This document shows, one piece after another, positions 19,747-32,521 of a stretch of DNA of 64,000 bases; the stretch's first letter is position 1; the number at the start of each line of letters is the position of its first letter. The notes under the pieces were generated by a model. That model did not search any database. It saw only the letters and a list, made by a program, of their open reading frames with translations, and had not been told where the DNA came from. Origin of the DNA: Burkholderiales bacterium (GTDB lineage: Bacteria; Pseudomonadota; Gammaproteobacteria; Burkholderiales; JACQAP01); the NCBI GenBank assembly GCA_046590325.1, contig JBKJUC010000107.1:8602-72601 (forward strand). Reading direction: 5' to 3'. The translations under genes and the position numbers were made by a program.

Positions 19747-19898
19747 TTGACTTCCGAAAATAAATAACCTAAAAAGTGAACTGGTGTTTGGCTTCAAGCT
19801 CACTGCAGTACCGGTTTTGCCGATAACGCGGCCTTGAATCTCAAACAATCGGCGGGTAATCCGGCCCGCGTTTTTCCAAGGGGAAGGGGAAGCGGTGT
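19747..19898 (+). promoter_or_regulatory. putative promoter and long 5' UTR of the cold-shock gene
   Basis: TTGACT (19747-19752), a 17-nt spacer, then TAAAAA (19770-19775). This gives a leader of about 120 nt, as is common for cspA-type genes. Confidence 0.35.
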
Positions 19899-20102
19899 AT
19901 GGCAACTGGTACCGTAAAGTGGTTTAACGACGCCAAGGGCTACGGTTTCGTCACGCCCGATGATGGCAGTGAAGATCTGTTTGCCCATTTCTCGGCAATC
20001 CAGATGAACGGCTTCAAGACGCTCAAAGAAGGCCAGAAAGTGAGTTTCGAAGTCACTCAAGGTCCAAAGGGGAAGCAGGCCTCCAACATCCAGGCCGCCT
20101 GA
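19899..20102 (+). CDS. cspA: cold-shock protein, CspA family
   Basis: 67 aa starting [15 protein letters not shown], with the RNP motifs. Confidence 0.95.
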   Translation: MATGTVKWFNDAKGYGFVTPDDGSEDLFAHFSAIQMNGFKTLKEGQKVSFEVTQGPKGKQASNIQAA

Positions 20103-20157
20103 AGGCCGCCGGAGCGGCGCAACCAAGAGCCGCCGCGAGATACTTATAAAAAATTCA

Positions 20158-20189
20158 AAGCCCGCAGCGTTTGTGCTGCGGGCTTTTTA
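20158..20189. terminator. bidirectional rho-independent terminator (cspA / icd)
   Basis: Hairpin gcccgcagc-gtttgt-gctgcgggc, flanked by an A-run and a T-run. Confidence 0.8.
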
Positions 20190-20197
20190 TTTGCCGC

Positions 20198-21442
20198 TCA
20201 GCGCCGCATGCGCTCGATCATCGCATTGCCGAAGGCGGAGCATGAGAGCTGGGTCGCACCCGTCATCAGACGCGCAAAGTCGTAGGTGACGACCTTATCA
20301 TTGATCGCGGCCTCCATTGACTTGACGATCAGGTCTGCCGCCTCGATCCAGCCCATATGCCGCAGCATCATTTCGGCCGAAAGGATCAGCGAACCGGGGT
20401 TCACGTAATCCTTGCCCGCGTACTTCGGCGCAGTTCCGTGCGTGGCCTCGAACATCGCCACGGAATCGCTCATGTTCGCACCAGGGGCAATGCCGATGCC
20501 CCCTACCTGGGCGGCCAGCGCATCGGAAATGTAGTCGCCGTTGAGGTTCAGGGTGGCGATCACATCGTACTCTTCCGGACGCAGCAGGATCTGCTGCAGG
20601 AACGCATCGGCGATCACATCCTTGATGATGATGCCGTTCGACAGCTTCATCCATGGACCGCCGTCCACCAGCTCCGCGCCGAATTCGCGTTTCGCCAGGG
20701 CATAGCCCCAGTCGCGGAAGGCGCCTTCCGTGAACTTCATGATGTTGCCCTTGTGAACCAATGTCACGGACCGGCGCTTGTTGGCGACCGCGTAGTGGAT
20801 GGCCTTGCGCACCAGGCGTTCAGTGCCTTCACGCGAAACCGGCTTGATGCCGATACCGGATGTCTGCGGGAAGCGGATTTTCTTGACCCCCATTTCCTTG
20901 ATCAGGAAATCGATCACCTTGCGCACGTTGTCGCTATCAGCGGCCCACTCGATGCCCGCATAGATGTCTTCCGAATTCTCCCGGAAGATGATCATGTCGG
21001 TTTTCTCCGGCTGCTTGAGCGGGCTCGGCACGCCCTTGAAATAACGTACGGGGCGCAGGCAGACGTAGAGGTCAAGTTCCTGGCGCAGCGCGACATTGAT
21101 AGAGCGGATGCCACCGCCAACCGGCGTGGTGAGTGGGCCCTTGATGGAAACGACGAATTCCTTGCTGGCCTGGAGGGTCTCTTCTGGCAGCCACACATTT
21201 TCACCGTAAACCTTGCAGGATTTCTCCCCGGCGAACATTTCCATCCAGACGATCTTGCGCTTCGCTCCATAGGCGACTTCCACCGCCGAATCGACCACTT
21301 TGCGCATCACTGGCGTAATGTCGACGCCGGTACCATCGCCCTCAATGTACGGAATGATCGGATTGGCCGGAACGTTCAGCGTGAAATCCTTGTTAACCGA
21401 GATTTTCTCGCCGCTGCTGGGCACTTTGATGTGCTGGTACAT
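20198..21442 (-). CDS. icd: NADP-dependent isocitrate dehydrogenase (homodimeric type)
   Basis: 414 aa with typical Icd sequence throughout, for example [25 protein letters not shown]. Confidence 0.95.
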   Translation of the reverse strand: MYQHIKVPSSGEKISVNKDFTLNVPANPIIPYIEGDGTGVDITPVMRKVVDSAVEVAYGAKRKIVWMEMFAGEKSCKVYGENVWLPEETLQASKEFVVSIKGPLTTPVGGGIRSINVALRQELDLYVCLRPVRYFKGVPSPLKQPEKTDMIIFRENSEDIYAGIEWAADSDNVRKVIDFLIKEMGVKKIRFPQTSGIGIKPVSREGTERLVRKAIHYAVANKRRSVTLVHKGNIMKFTEGAFRDWGYALAKREFGAELVDGGPWMKLSNGIIIKDVIADAFLQQILLRPEEYDVIATLNLNGDYISDALAAQVGGIGIAPGANMSDSVAMFEATHGTAPKYAGKDYVNPGSLILSAEMMLRHMGWIEAADLIVKSMEAAINDKVVTYDFARLMTGATQLSCSAFGNAMIERMRR

Positions 21443-22041
21443 GAATTCTGCCTCTATTCGCTCAGTGGATGGATGGGATGGGGTGGATGTAATTGAATTG
21501 CAAGCGGTTCTACCGCCCGCCGGCTGCCGTCATTGTAAAGCAACGAATGTTCCGGCCATAGGTTTGCCGACAGCGCTCCCGGGCGACCAGCGGCAGATTG
21601 GCGCAAGCCAACACAGCGCTGCCTGCAACCCGGCGGCGGGCAAGAGCACGCGCCTAAATTCCTCTTCAAGCCTGAAACAATATTTCGCATTGCAAAAATA
21701 ACTGGATCAGAGATTATTAACTCTCTGTTTTAACTCACCAACAACCGCAATCTTTTTTTTGTTGCGGCGCATAAAACTCTTCGTTACGTTCAGTTCACCA
21801 GCGCGGCGTCGACAACCCCCGGCACCGCGCAGAAATCCGGGCGTCGCTAAACGCAGCGCCTGCAGCGGCCTGCCAGATCCGATCTCTGGCGTCCCCTTGG
21901 TACAGAGCGCCATTAATTACTGGTGCTCGGCAATCAGGGATTCGGCATCGAAGCATCCATTACCAACCAAAGGACCGCATCACCCGATTACGGGGGCGCG
22001 ATTGCCGCGCCCGAATATCGATTTTTCAGGAGGAGAGAAAC

Positions 22042-23319
22042 ATGGACCGAGACCAGGAAATCGCAAACATCAAGAAAGAATGGACCGACAACCCGCGCTG
22101 GAAAAATTTGTCGCGGCCCTACTCTGCCGAAAGCGTCCACAAGTTGCGCGGCACCGTGCGCATCGAATATTCGCTCGCCCGAATTGGGGCGGAGAAGTTG
22201 TGGCGCCTGCTGAGCGAGGAGGCGTTCATCAACGCGTTGGGCGCAATGACCGGCAACCAGGCCATGCAACAGGTCAGGGCGGGCCTGAAGGCCATCTACC
22301 TGTCGGGCTGGCAGGTGGCTGCCGATGCAAACCTCTCGGGGGAGATGTATCCCGACCAGTCCCTTTACCCGGCGAACAGCGTTCCCGCCGTGGTCCGGCG
22401 CATTAACAATACCTTCGTCCGCGCCGACCAGATTCACCATGCCGAAGGCAAGGACAACATCGACTGGTTCGCGCCGATCATCGCGGACGCCGAAGCCGGA
22501 TTTGGCGGAGTACTCAATGCGTTCGAACTTATGAAGGCCATGATCGAAGCCGGCGCCGCAGGGGTGCATTTTGAGGACCAACTGGCTTCGGCCAAGAAGT
22601 GCGGCCACATGGGCGGCAAGGTTCTGGTGCCGACACAGGAAGCTGTACAGAAGCTGGCAGCAGCCCGGCTGGCATCGGACATCATGGGCGTACCCACCGT
22701 GCTGTTCGCCCGCACCGACGCGGAAGCGGCCAACCTGCTGACATCCGACGTGGACGAGAACGACAGACCGTTCTGTACCGGCGAACGCACTGCGGAAGGC
22801 TATTACCGGGTGATGAACGGAATCCAGCAAGCCATTTCACGGGGACTCGCTTATGCACCCGTTGCCGACCTGATCTGGTGCGAAACCGGCAAGCCGGACC
22901 TGGCGTTTGCGCGCCAGTTCGCCGAGGCGATCCACCGGAAATTCCCCGGCAAGATGCTGGCGTACAACTGTTCGCCATCCTTCAACTGGAAAAAGAACCT
23001 GGACGATGCCACCATCGCCAAGTTCCAGCGCGAACTCGGTGCAATGGGCTACAAATTTCAGTTCATCACGCTGGCCGGCTTTCATGCGCTCAATTACAGC
23101 ATGTTCGACCTGGCGCGCGGTTATGCAACTGAGAATATGACCGCCTATGTCCGGCTCCAGCAAGCCGAGTTCGCCGCCGAAGCGCAGGGTTACACCGCCA
23201 CGAAACACCAGCGCGAAGTCGGCACCGGCTATTTCGACGAAGTCACCCAGGCCGTCCAGGCTGGTAAGTCCTCAGTCACGGCCCTTACCGGTTCGACCGA
23301 AGAAGAACAGTTCGCCTGA
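22042..23319 (+). CDS. aceA: isocitrate lyase
   Basis: 425 aa with the ICL signature [20 protein letters not shown]. Confidence 0.95.
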   Translation: MDRDQEIANIKKEWTDNPRWKNLSRPYSAESVHKLRGTVRIEYSLARIGAEKLWRLLSEEAFINALGAMTGNQAMQQVRAGLKAIYLSGWQVAADANLSGEMYPDQSLYPANSVPAVVRRINNTFVRADQIHHAEGKDNIDWFAPIIADAEAGFGGVLNAFELMKAMIEAGAAGVHFEDQLASAKKCGHMGGKVLVPTQEAVQKLAAARLASDIMGVPTVLFARTDAEAANLLTSDVDENDRPFCTGERTAEGYYRVMNGIQQAISRGLAYAPVADLIWCETGKPDLAFARQFAEAIHRKFPGKMLAYNCSPSFNWKKNLDDATIAKFQRELGAMGYKFQFITLAGFHALNYSMFDLARGYATENMTAYVRLQQAEFAAEAQGYTATKHQREVGTGYFDEVTQAVQAGKSSVTALTGSTEEEQFA

Positions 23320-23333
23320 TGTCGCCTCCCAAT

Positions 23334-23369
23334 CCGCCGCGGGGGCAAGCCGACTTGCCCCCGCGGCGG
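23334..23369 (+). terminator. 16-bp perfect GC-rich hairpin between aceA and aceB (partial terminator or processing/stability element)
   Basis: ccgccgcgggggcaag, loop ccga, then cttgcccccgcggcgg. The tail that follows is only weakly T-rich. Confidence 0.45.
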
Positions 23370-23430
23370 TTGCCATTTATCATTTAGCGAAACTAATTTT
23401 CACGATGTAAAATTCACTCCGGAGGCCGCT

Positions 23431-25047
23431 GTGACCCAGCCCAACGTCCCCGCCGGCATGCAAGTGCTCGGCCGCATCACACCCGAATTCGAACAAGTCC
23501 TCACGACCGATGCACTGGCCTTCCTGGCGAAGCTGCATCGCAGCTTCAATGCGCGCCGCCTTGAGTTACTGGAGCACCGCGCGCAGCGGCAGAAACGGAT
23601 CGACGGCGGCGAGCTTCCGGATTTTCTGCCCGAGACCAAGCACATCCGCGAATCCGACTGGCAGGTCGCTCCGGTGCCAAAGGACTTGCAGGACCGCCGC
23701 GTCGAAATCACCGGGCCCACCGATCGCAAGATGGTGATCAACGCCCTCAATTCCGGCGCCAGCATGTTCATGGCCGACTTCGAGGATTCCTCGACGCCTA
23801 CCTGGGTAAACCAGGTGCAGGGCCAGATCAACATGCGGGACGCGATCAACCACACGATCAGCTTTGCCAGTCCCGAAGGTAAACAATACAAACTCGCCGA
23901 CAACACAGCCACGCTGCTGGTGAGGCCTCGCGGCTGGCACCTCACGGAAAAGCACGTCGTCGTGGACGGCACACCGATGTCGGGCTCGCTGTTCGACTTC
24001 GGCCTCTATTTCTTCCACAACGCCAGAACGAGGGTCAAGCAGGGGTCGGGTATTTACCTCTACCTGCCGAAGATGGAATCCCACCTCGAGGCAAGGCTCT
24101 GGAATGACGCATTTGTGTTCGCCCAGAATGAGCTTGGGGTTCCGCAGGGGACCGTGAAGGCAACGGTGCTCATCGAAACTATTCTCGGCACGTTCGAGAT
24201 GGAAGAAATACTTTACGAACTGCGAGAACATTCAGCGGGCCTCAACTGCGGCCGCTGGGATTACATCTTCAGCTGCATCAAAAAGTTCCGGAACCGTAAG
24301 GACTTTATCCTGGGCGATCGCGGGCTGGTCACCATGACAAGTCCCTTCATGCGCGCTTACTCGCTATTGCTGATCAGGACCTGCCACAAGCGCGGCGCAT
24401 TTGCGATGGGTGGCATGGCGGCGCAGATTCCGATCAAGAACGACCTTGCCGCTAACGACGCCGCCCTCGCCAAGGTCCGCGCTGACAAGGATCGCGAGGC
24501 GAACGACGGGCATGATGGCACCTGGGTGGCGCATCCCGGCCTGGTAGCGATCGCCAAGGAAGCCTTCGACAAGGTCATGAAGACACCGAACCAGATCCAC
24601 AAGAAACGCGACGATGTAGACGTCAGCGCGAAAGACCTGCTCAATTTCCTGCCGAAAGGCCCGATTACCGAACAAGGCTTGCGCACCAACATCAACATCG
24701 GCATTCAGTACATGGGCGCCTGGCTCGCGGGAACCGGATGCGTGCCAATTTTCAATCTCATGGAAGACGCGGCGACTGCGGAGATCTCGCGCGCCCAGAT
24801 CTGGCACTGGATCAGAAGCCCGCAGGGCATCCTCGACGATGGCCGCAAGGTTACCAAGGAATTGTTTCGGGGCCTGGTGCCTCAGGAACTCGCCAAGGTG
24901 CGGGAAATGCTGGGTGACAAGGGCTATGCGGCCGGCAAGTATCCAGAGGGCGCAAAGATGTTCGAGGAACTGACGCTGAGCGAAGATTTCGCCGAATTCC
25001 TCACCCTGCCCGCGTACGACTACATCACCGCGCACGAACATCGTTAG
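23431..25047 (+). CDS. aceB: malate synthase A
   Basis: 538 aa, GTG start after the RBS GGAGG. Malate synthase A motifs are present ([18 protein letters not shown]; MADFEDS). Confidence 0.95.
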   Translation: MTQPNVPAGMQVLGRITPEFEQVLTTDALAFLAKLHRSFNARRLELLEHRAQRQKRIDGGELPDFLPETKHIRESDWQVAPVPKDLQDRRVEITGPTDRKMVINALNSGASMFMADFEDSSTPTWVNQVQGQINMRDAINHTISFASPEGKQYKLADNTATLLVRPRGWHLTEKHVVVDGTPMSGSLFDFGLYFFHNARTRVKQGSGIYLYLPKMESHLEARLWNDAFVFAQNELGVPQGTVKATVLIETILGTFEMEEILYELREHSAGLNCGRWDYIFSCIKKFRNRKDFILGDRGLVTMTSPFMRAYSLLLIRTCHKRGAFAMGGMAAQIPIKNDLAANDAALAKVRADKDREANDGHDGTWVAHPGLVAIAKEAFDKVMKTPNQIHKKRDDVDVSAKDLLNFLPKGPITEQGLRTNINIGIQYMGAWLAGTGCVPIFNLMEDAATAEISRAQIWHWIRSPQGILDDGRKVTKELFRGLVPQELAKVREMLGDKGYAAGKYPEGAKMFEELTLSEDFAEFLTLPAYDYITAHEHR

Positions 25048-25154
25048 GTTCTGGTGCAGCCCTGACCCTGGCGGCATGGGGCTACTCCATGAAAGCAAAT
25101 GGCCATATGCACGACATTTCAACCAGCGCGCTCAGCCGATGGTCATGAGGCCAA

Positions 25155-25727
25155 GTGAAAGTTGTTCTCTTCAACAAGCCCTACGGCGTCCTTTGTCAGT
25201 TCAGCCCGGATGGCGGCAAGCCGACGCTGAAGGACTTTATTCCGATCCAGGATATCTACCCGGCGGGCCGGCTCGACGCTGACAGCGAGGGGCTTCTCGT
25301 TCTGACTGACGATGGCGCACTCCAGCATGCCGTCAGCCATCCGGAACAGAAGATGCCGAAGACTTACTGGGCCCAGGTCGAAGGAGAGCCCGACGCCGGT
25401 GCCTTGCAGCGTCTGGGTGCGGGTGTGCAAATCGGCGGCATCGCCACCCTCCCCTGTCTGGCCCGGAACATCCAAGACCCCGCGGGCCTGTGGCCGCGCA
25501 ATCCCCCCATTCGATGGCGGAAGAGTATCCCGACAAGCTGGATCGAGATCGAACTGCAGGAGGGAAAGAACCGGCAAGTACGGCGAATGACGGCTGCGGT
25601 CGGCTTTCCAACGTTGCGTCTTATCCGTTGCCGCATCGGGGACTGGTCGCTTGCCGGGCTCGCACCGGGTGAGTACCGGGTCGTGGCCAATCGGCCAATC
25701 TCCCAACCTATCAAGGGACGAATGTAA
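25155..25727 (+). CDS. rluE: rRNA pseudouridine synthase, RsuA/RluE family
   Basis: 190 aa with the catalytic motif [21 protein letters not shown] start. Confidence 0.8.
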   Translation: MKVVLFNKPYGVLCQFSPDGGKPTLKDFIPIQDIYPAGRLDADSEGLLVLTDDGALQHAVSHPEQKMPKTYWAQVEGEPDAGALQRLGAGVQIGGIATLPCLARNIQDPAGLWPRNPPIRWRKSIPTSWIEIELQEGKNRQVRRMTAAVGFPTLRLIRCRIGDWSLAGLAPGEYRVVANRPISQPIKGRM

Positions 25728-25816
25728 CAATATGTGTCAACCTGAATGGCGGGTTGGCGTTATCGGGCGTGACACGCAGCTTGTGTCATCCATGAACCCA
25801 AATTTAAGAGGAGCTT

Positions 25817-25987
25817 ATGAAAAAATTACTCGCTACCCTGATCGCCGCCATGTTTGCTGCAGCGACTTTCTCCGCCATTGCAGCCGACACAGCAAAACCG
25901 GTCGACAAGCCCGCCAAGTCCGCCAAGAAGCTGCACAAGAAGGAAGCCCCCAAGAAGCCGGAAGCGGCAGCCCCCATCAAGCAGTAA
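25817..25987 (+). CDS. small secreted Lys/Pro/Ala-rich peptide (Asr-like composition)
   Basis: Not in the ORF track (56 aa): MKKLLATLIAAMFAAATFSAIAADTAKPVDKPAKSAKKLHKKEAPKKPEAAAPIKQ. The RBS AAGAGGAG lies 6 nt upstream. Confidence 0.6.
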   Translation: MKKLLATLIAAMFAAATFSAIAADTAKPVDKPAKSAKKLHKKEAPKKPEAAAPIKQ

Positions 25988-26229
25988 AGCGACGGTCTCA
26001 GCAATCCCTGGGGTGGAGGCAACTTTCTCCGCCCTGGGTTGTAGTCGATTAGTGGACGACCAGCGGAAAGGAGCCATGAGAATTGCCCCGGCGCATGGTC
26101 AGATGTGCCCCCGCCCACGCCAGCCCGGTTGACGCTCGATCGAAGAATCCATTATCCTTCTGCGAATTCTGCCCTCGCTCGTGATGTCATGATCAGCGAA
26201 TCCCGGCAACCGGATTAAGAGGATTTACC

Positions 26230-26421
26230 GTGAAGAAACTTATTGCCATGGCACTCTGCACCGCATTCGCCAGCCTTTCGTTGCCAACCCTTGCCGGCGT
26301 AGCCCCGACTCAGGGAACCTCCCAGTACGAACGGTCCGGCGCGAAGATAGCCAAGCCTGCGCCTGCGGCCGAGGACGAGAAAAAAGCGAACCAGGGAGAG
26401 GCCAAGGAACCGGCAAAGTAG
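26230..26421 (+). CDS. small secreted low-complexity protein
   Basis: 63 aa with the signal peptide MKKLIAMALCTAFASLSLPTLAG. GTG start after the RBS AAGAGGA, and a terminator follows. Confidence 0.55.
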   Translation: MKKLIAMALCTAFASLSLPTLAGVAPTQGTSQYERSGAKIAKPAPAAEDEKKANQGEAKEPAK

Positions 26422-26448
26422 GCAACGCCCTTCCGGAAATTCGCGGAA

Positions 26449-26481
26449 AGGCAGGGCTCATGCCCTGCCTTTTTCTTTTTT
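26449..26481 (+). terminator. rho-independent terminator
   Basis: Hairpin ggcagggc-tcat-gccctgcc followed by tttttctttttt. Confidence 0.8.
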
Positions 26482-26512
26482 AGTTGGTCGTCACGCATCC
26501 TGTCGGATATCC

Positions 26513-27145
26513 ATGAACGAGATAGCCGAACTATTGAAACTGACCATCGCTTTGCTGGCCATCGTCGATCCGATCGCCGGCATACCGATGTTTCTAAGCG
26601 CCACGGCGGGCGATTCCCAGGAATCCCGCAAGCGCACATCCCGGATCGTTGCGTTAACTGTTTTTTGCGTGCTCGGCGTATCGGCACTCATCGGAACCGA
26701 GATCCTGAGGTTCTTCGGCATCAGCATCCCCTCGTTCCTGATCGGCGGCGGAGTCCTGCTGTTCATGCTTGCTATATCGATGCTGCAAGCGCAGGACAGC
26801 CGCATCCGGCAAACGCCGGACGAAGTGGAGGAGGCGGCCGAAAAGGATGCAGTGGCCGTCGTGCCCCTGGGCATCCCGCTGCTGGCTGGGCCGGGCGCGA
26901 TCAGCACAATGATCATCGCCACCCATAAGGCGCCAGACTTCCTCCATAACGTGTATTTGCTGATACCTGCCGCAATCATCGCGCTGCTGGTATGGGCCAC
27001 GTTTGTGGCTGCGCTCCGCATCTCGGATCGCCTCGGCAAGACCGGCATGAACATCATTACCCGGGTCATGGGCCTGATCATCGCCGCCATCGCGATCGAG
27101 TACATCTATCGCGGTTTGATCGAGCTTTTCCCCAAGCTGGTGTGA
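26513..27145 (+). CDS. MarC family (UPF0056) integral membrane protein
   Basis: 210 aa, multi-TM, with an N-terminal LLAIVDPIAGIPMFLS motif. Confidence 0.8.
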   Translation: MNEIAELLKLTIALLAIVDPIAGIPMFLSATAGDSQESRKRTSRIVALTVFCVLGVSALIGTEILRFFGISIPSFLIGGGVLLFMLAISMLQAQDSRIRQTPDEVEEAAEKDAVAVVPLGIPLLAGPGAISTMIIATHKAPDFLHNVYLLIPAAIIALLVWATFVAALRISDRLGKTGMNIITRVMGLIIAAIAIEYIYRGLIELFPKLV

Positions 27146-27156
27146 GCGAACACGCG

Positions 27157-27603
27157 ATGGTCTGGAAGCCCAACGTCACCGTGGCCGCCATCGTCGAGCG
27201 GCACGGAAGGTATCTTCTGGTCGAGGAAGAAACTGATGAAGGCCTCATGTTCAACCAGCCCGCGGGCCACCTCGAACCGGGGGAATCCCTAATAGCCGCC
27301 GCTGCGCGGGAAGCCCTCGAAGAAACCGCATACGAGTTCCAGCCGCAGAATCTTCTCGGCATCTATAGCTGGCGACATCCCGAGCGCGAGATTACCTATT
27401 TGCGTTTTGCCTTCAGCGGTACGCTCGGAGCCTACCATTCTGAACGCACGCTCGATTCAGGCATTGTGCGCGCGGTCTGGCTGAGCCCGGAGCAAATCCG
27501 GGCGAACCGGGACCGTCATCGCAGTCCGCTGGTCTTGCGTTGCGTGGAAGACCACCAGCGTGGTGTGCAAGCCCCCCTGGACCTGCTGGTGCATTACGAA
27601 TGA
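27157..27603 (+). CDS. NUDIX hydrolase
   Basis: Nudix box [23 protein letters not shown]. Start trimmed from 26992 to ATG 27157, just after the marC-like stop. Confidence 0.85.
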   Translation: MVWKPNVTVAAIVERHGRYLLVEEETDEGLMFNQPAGHLEPGESLIAAAAREALEETAYEFQPQNLLGIYSWRHPEREITYLRFAFSGTLGAYHSERTLDSGIVRAVWLSPEQIRANRDRHRSPLVLRCVEDHQRGVQAPLDLLVHYE

Positions 27604-27616
27604 ACGGAAATTCCCC

Positions 27617-28741
27617 ATGAACCAAAGGCGCATCGTTGTCGGCATGTCGGGCGGCGTGGATTCCTCCGTCGCCGCCTGGCTGCTCAAGGAACAGGGGTAC
27701 GACGTAGTCGGCCTGTTCATGAAAAACTGGGAGGACGATGACGACGATGAATACTGCAATTCCCGCCAGGACCTCCTGGACGCCGTTTCGGTGGCCGACC
27801 TGATCGGGATAGATATCGAAACGGTGAATTTCTCGGCCGAATACAAGGACCGCGTTTTCGGCAATTTCCTGTCGGAGTATCAGGCCGGGCGCACACCGAA
27901 TCCCGATGTGCTCTGCAACGCGGAAATCAAGTTCAGGGCTTTCCTCGATCATGCCATCGCGCTCGGCGCCGAGCGCATCGCCACCGGCCATTACGCGCAG
28001 GTCGACGAGCGCGATGGCCTGTTCAGGCTGATCACGGCTGAGGATGGAACCAAGGACCAGAGCTATTTTCTCTACCGCCTCAATCAGGCCCAGCTCTCGA
28101 AAACCCTATTTCCATTGGGCGCCCTTTACAAGCGCGATGTACGCGAGATGGCCAGAACGCTTGGCCTGCCGAATCACGACAAGAAGGATTCAACCGGCAT
28201 CTGTTTCATCGGCGAACGCCCGTTCCGCGAATTCCTGAATCGCTATCTGCCGATTCATCCAGGCGACATGATTCTGCCGGACGGGAAGGTCATCGGACAA
28301 CACATCGGCCTCATGTACTACACCATCGGCCAGCGCCAAGGCCTCGGCATCGGCGGCAGTCGCGAGGGAGACGGCGAACCCTGGTATGTGGCCGCCAAGG
28401 ACATGAAGGCAAATCGGTTAGTCGTCGTGCAGGGCCACGAACACCCGGCGCTGGTGGCGGACGCGCTGGTGGCAGCGGACATGAACTGGATCAGCGGGAC
28501 CTTGCCTCATTGCCACTGGGTTTACGGCGCCAAGACCCGCTACCGGCAGAAGGACTCGCCCTGTGGAATTGAATGGGTGAACAGCGCAGGCTTCGAAATA
28601 AGGTTTGCGGAACCGCAGTGGGCCGTAACGCCAGGCCAGTCTGTGGTCGTGTACGAATCCCGCGTCTGCCTCGGTGGAGGCATCATCAAACATGCGCTCG
28701 CGGAGCAAGACACGACCGGAGCGCCTGCAGAACAGTCCTGA
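27617..28741 (+). CDS. mnmA: tRNA 2-thiouridine(34) synthase
   Basis: PP-loop [14 protein letters not shown]. Start trimmed to ATG 27617 (MNQRRIVVG). Confidence 0.95.
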   Translation: MNQRRIVVGMSGGVDSSVAAWLLKEQGYDVVGLFMKNWEDDDDDEYCNSRQDLLDAVSVADLIGIDIETVNFSAEYKDRVFGNFLSEYQAGRTPNPDVLCNAEIKFRAFLDHAIALGAERIATGHYAQVDERDGLFRLITAEDGTKDQSYFLYRLNQAQLSKTLFPLGALYKRDVREMARTLGLPNHDKKDSTGICFIGERPFREFLNRYLPIHPGDMILPDGKVIGQHIGLMYYTIGQRQGLGIGGSREGDGEPWYVAAKDMKANRLVVVQGHEHPALVADALVAADMNWISGTLPHCHWVYGAKTRYRQKDSPCGIEWVNSAGFEIRFAEPQWAVTPGQSVVVYESRVCLGGGIIKHALAEQDTTGAPAEQS

Positions 28742-28752
28742 GGAAGACCTTC

Positions 28753-29358
28753 TTACTGAGGGACGGTGGCTTCGAAAGGCGGCAGCCTGAACAGCTTGTC
28801 CGCGTGTCTCACCAGATTCAGATGGCGGGCGCGCCAGCCGATGTCCTTGAAACGGAAATCCAGAAAACCGAGTGCGCAGCCGAGCGTAATATCGGCGAGG
28901 CTGTAGGCCTCGCCGCAACACCAGATCTTTTCCCCCAGATCCGTTGCGGCAAAATCCAGTGCCCGGTCGATCTTCGCGCGCTGCCGTGCGATGACAGCAT
29001 CGCTTTGCAGTTCTGCGGGGCGGCGACCCTCCTGCACCAGCAGCACGGCCGCATCGAGAATCCCGTCCGACAATGCCTCCCAGCGCCGGACTTGAATGCG
29101 CTGCCGGACGGGTTCCGGAATCAGGCGCGCGACGGGCGAGATGGAATCCAGATATTCGGCGATCACCGAGGAATCGAACAGGCGCACGCCGTCGTCCGTA
29201 ATCAGTACTGGCACCTTGCCGAGCGGATTGAATTCGGGAACACGGGTCGCCGGATCGCTCGGCATGTCTATGACGAAGTCGTAGTCGATGCGCTTTTCCG
29301 ACATTACCAATCGCACCTTGCGCACGAATGGGCTGGACAGGGAACCGATCAATTTCAT
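28753..29358 (-). CDS. glutathione S-transferase family protein
   Basis: 201 aa with a thioredoxin-like N-terminal domain (SPFVRKVR...NPLGKVPVL...DSSVIAEYL). Confidence 0.85.
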   Translation of the reverse strand: MKLIGSLSSPFVRKVRLVMSEKRIDYDFVIDMPSDPATRVPEFNPLGKVPVLITDDGVRLFDSSVIAEYLDSISPVARLIPEPVRQRIQVRRWEALSDGILDAAVLLVQEGRRPAELQSDAVIARQRAKIDRALDFAATDLGEKIWCCGEAYSLADITLGCALGFLDFRFKDIGWRARHLNLVRHADKLFRLPPFEATVPQ

Positions 29359-29519
29359 ATTGGGTGGCGGTCAGGGAGGCGAAAGGCGGCGGATTATAGC
29401 ATCGCGAATTTCACCCCCCGTCCTCCACATCGGTCGGTGGAACTCGATGGATGTGTCGATGCCCGCGCCGAAAATGTCGGTAGCAACGAGGCCTGGCGTG
29501 ATAACATTATTCATACTGA

Positions 29520-31537
<2,018 letters not shown>

Positions 31538-31553
31538 AGCTGGACAGCCACAG

Positions 31554-32483
31554 TCAGACTACCGCTTCTTCCTGCTTCTTCTCAGGCTTGATGAAATCCT
31601 CGCGTGTCACGCCCAGCCACATGATAAGGGGACTCGCCACCAGCACCGAGGAATAGATGCCGAACAGGATGCCGATGGTGAGCGCCAGCGCAAAGTAGTG
31701 CAGCGTTTCGCCGCCAAAGATCAGAATCGAGGTGACCATCAACTGGGTGCTGCCGTGGGTGATGATGGTCCGCGACATGGTGCGGGTTATGGCATTGTTA
31801 ATGACCTCTTCGGTAGTCGCCTTGCGCATCTTCCTGAAGTTTTCGCGGATGCGGTCGAACACCACTACCGACTCGTTCACGGAATAACCCAGCACGGCGA
31901 GAATCGCCGCCAGCACAGGCAGCGAAAACTCCCACTGGAAGAACGCGAAAAAACCGAGGATGATCACCACGTCATGCAGGTTGGCGATGATCGCCGACAC
32001 GCCGAACTTCCACTCGAAGCGCAGGGCCAGGTAGGCCACGATGCCCACCGATACCAGCAGCAACGCCAGCGCCCCGTTCTCGACGAGTTCCTTGCCGACC
32101 TGAGAACCCACGAAATCCACACGGCGCAGCTCCACGGTCTGATCGTCTTCGCGCAAGGCTTTTATGACGACTTCGGACAATTGCGCGCCCGTCACCCCCT
32201 GTTTGGCGGGCAGGCGAATCAGCGCGGTTTGCGAGCTTCCAAAGCTCTGCACAGTGGCTTCGCTCAGGCTGATTCGCTCAAGCGTACCCCGGATCTTGGC
32301 AATGTCTGCCGCATGGCCGTAGTTCACTTCCATGACCGTGCCACCGGTGAATTCGACGCCCAGATGCAGCCCCCGGGTCGCCAGAAAGAATACCGCCAGC
32401 AGGAAGGTGACCAACGAAATGACGTTGAACACCAGCGCATGGCGCATGAAGGGAATGTCTTTGCGGATGCGGAAAAATTCCAT
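31554..32483 (-). CDS. secF: protein translocase subunit SecF
   Basis: 309 aa, directly downstream of secD, with a typical SecF TM pattern. Confidence 0.95.
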   Translation of the reverse strand: MEFFRIRKDIPFMRHALVFNVISLVTFLLAVFFLATRGLHLGVEFTGGTVMEVNYGHAADIAKIRGTLERISLSEATVQSFGSSQTALIRLPAKQGVTGAQLSEVVIKALREDDQTVELRRVDFVGSQVGKELVENGALALLLVSVGIVAYLALRFEWKFGVSAIIANLHDVVIILGFFAFFQWEFSLPVLAAILAVLGYSVNESVVVFDRIRENFRKMRKATTEEVINNAITRTMSRTIITHGSTQLMVTSILIFGGETLHYFALALTIGILFGIYSSVLVASPLIMWLGVTREDFIKPEKKQEEAVV

Positions 32484-32521
32484 CTGCTGTTCCTTGTACC
32501 GGAGTTTGACTCAGTCGCCCG

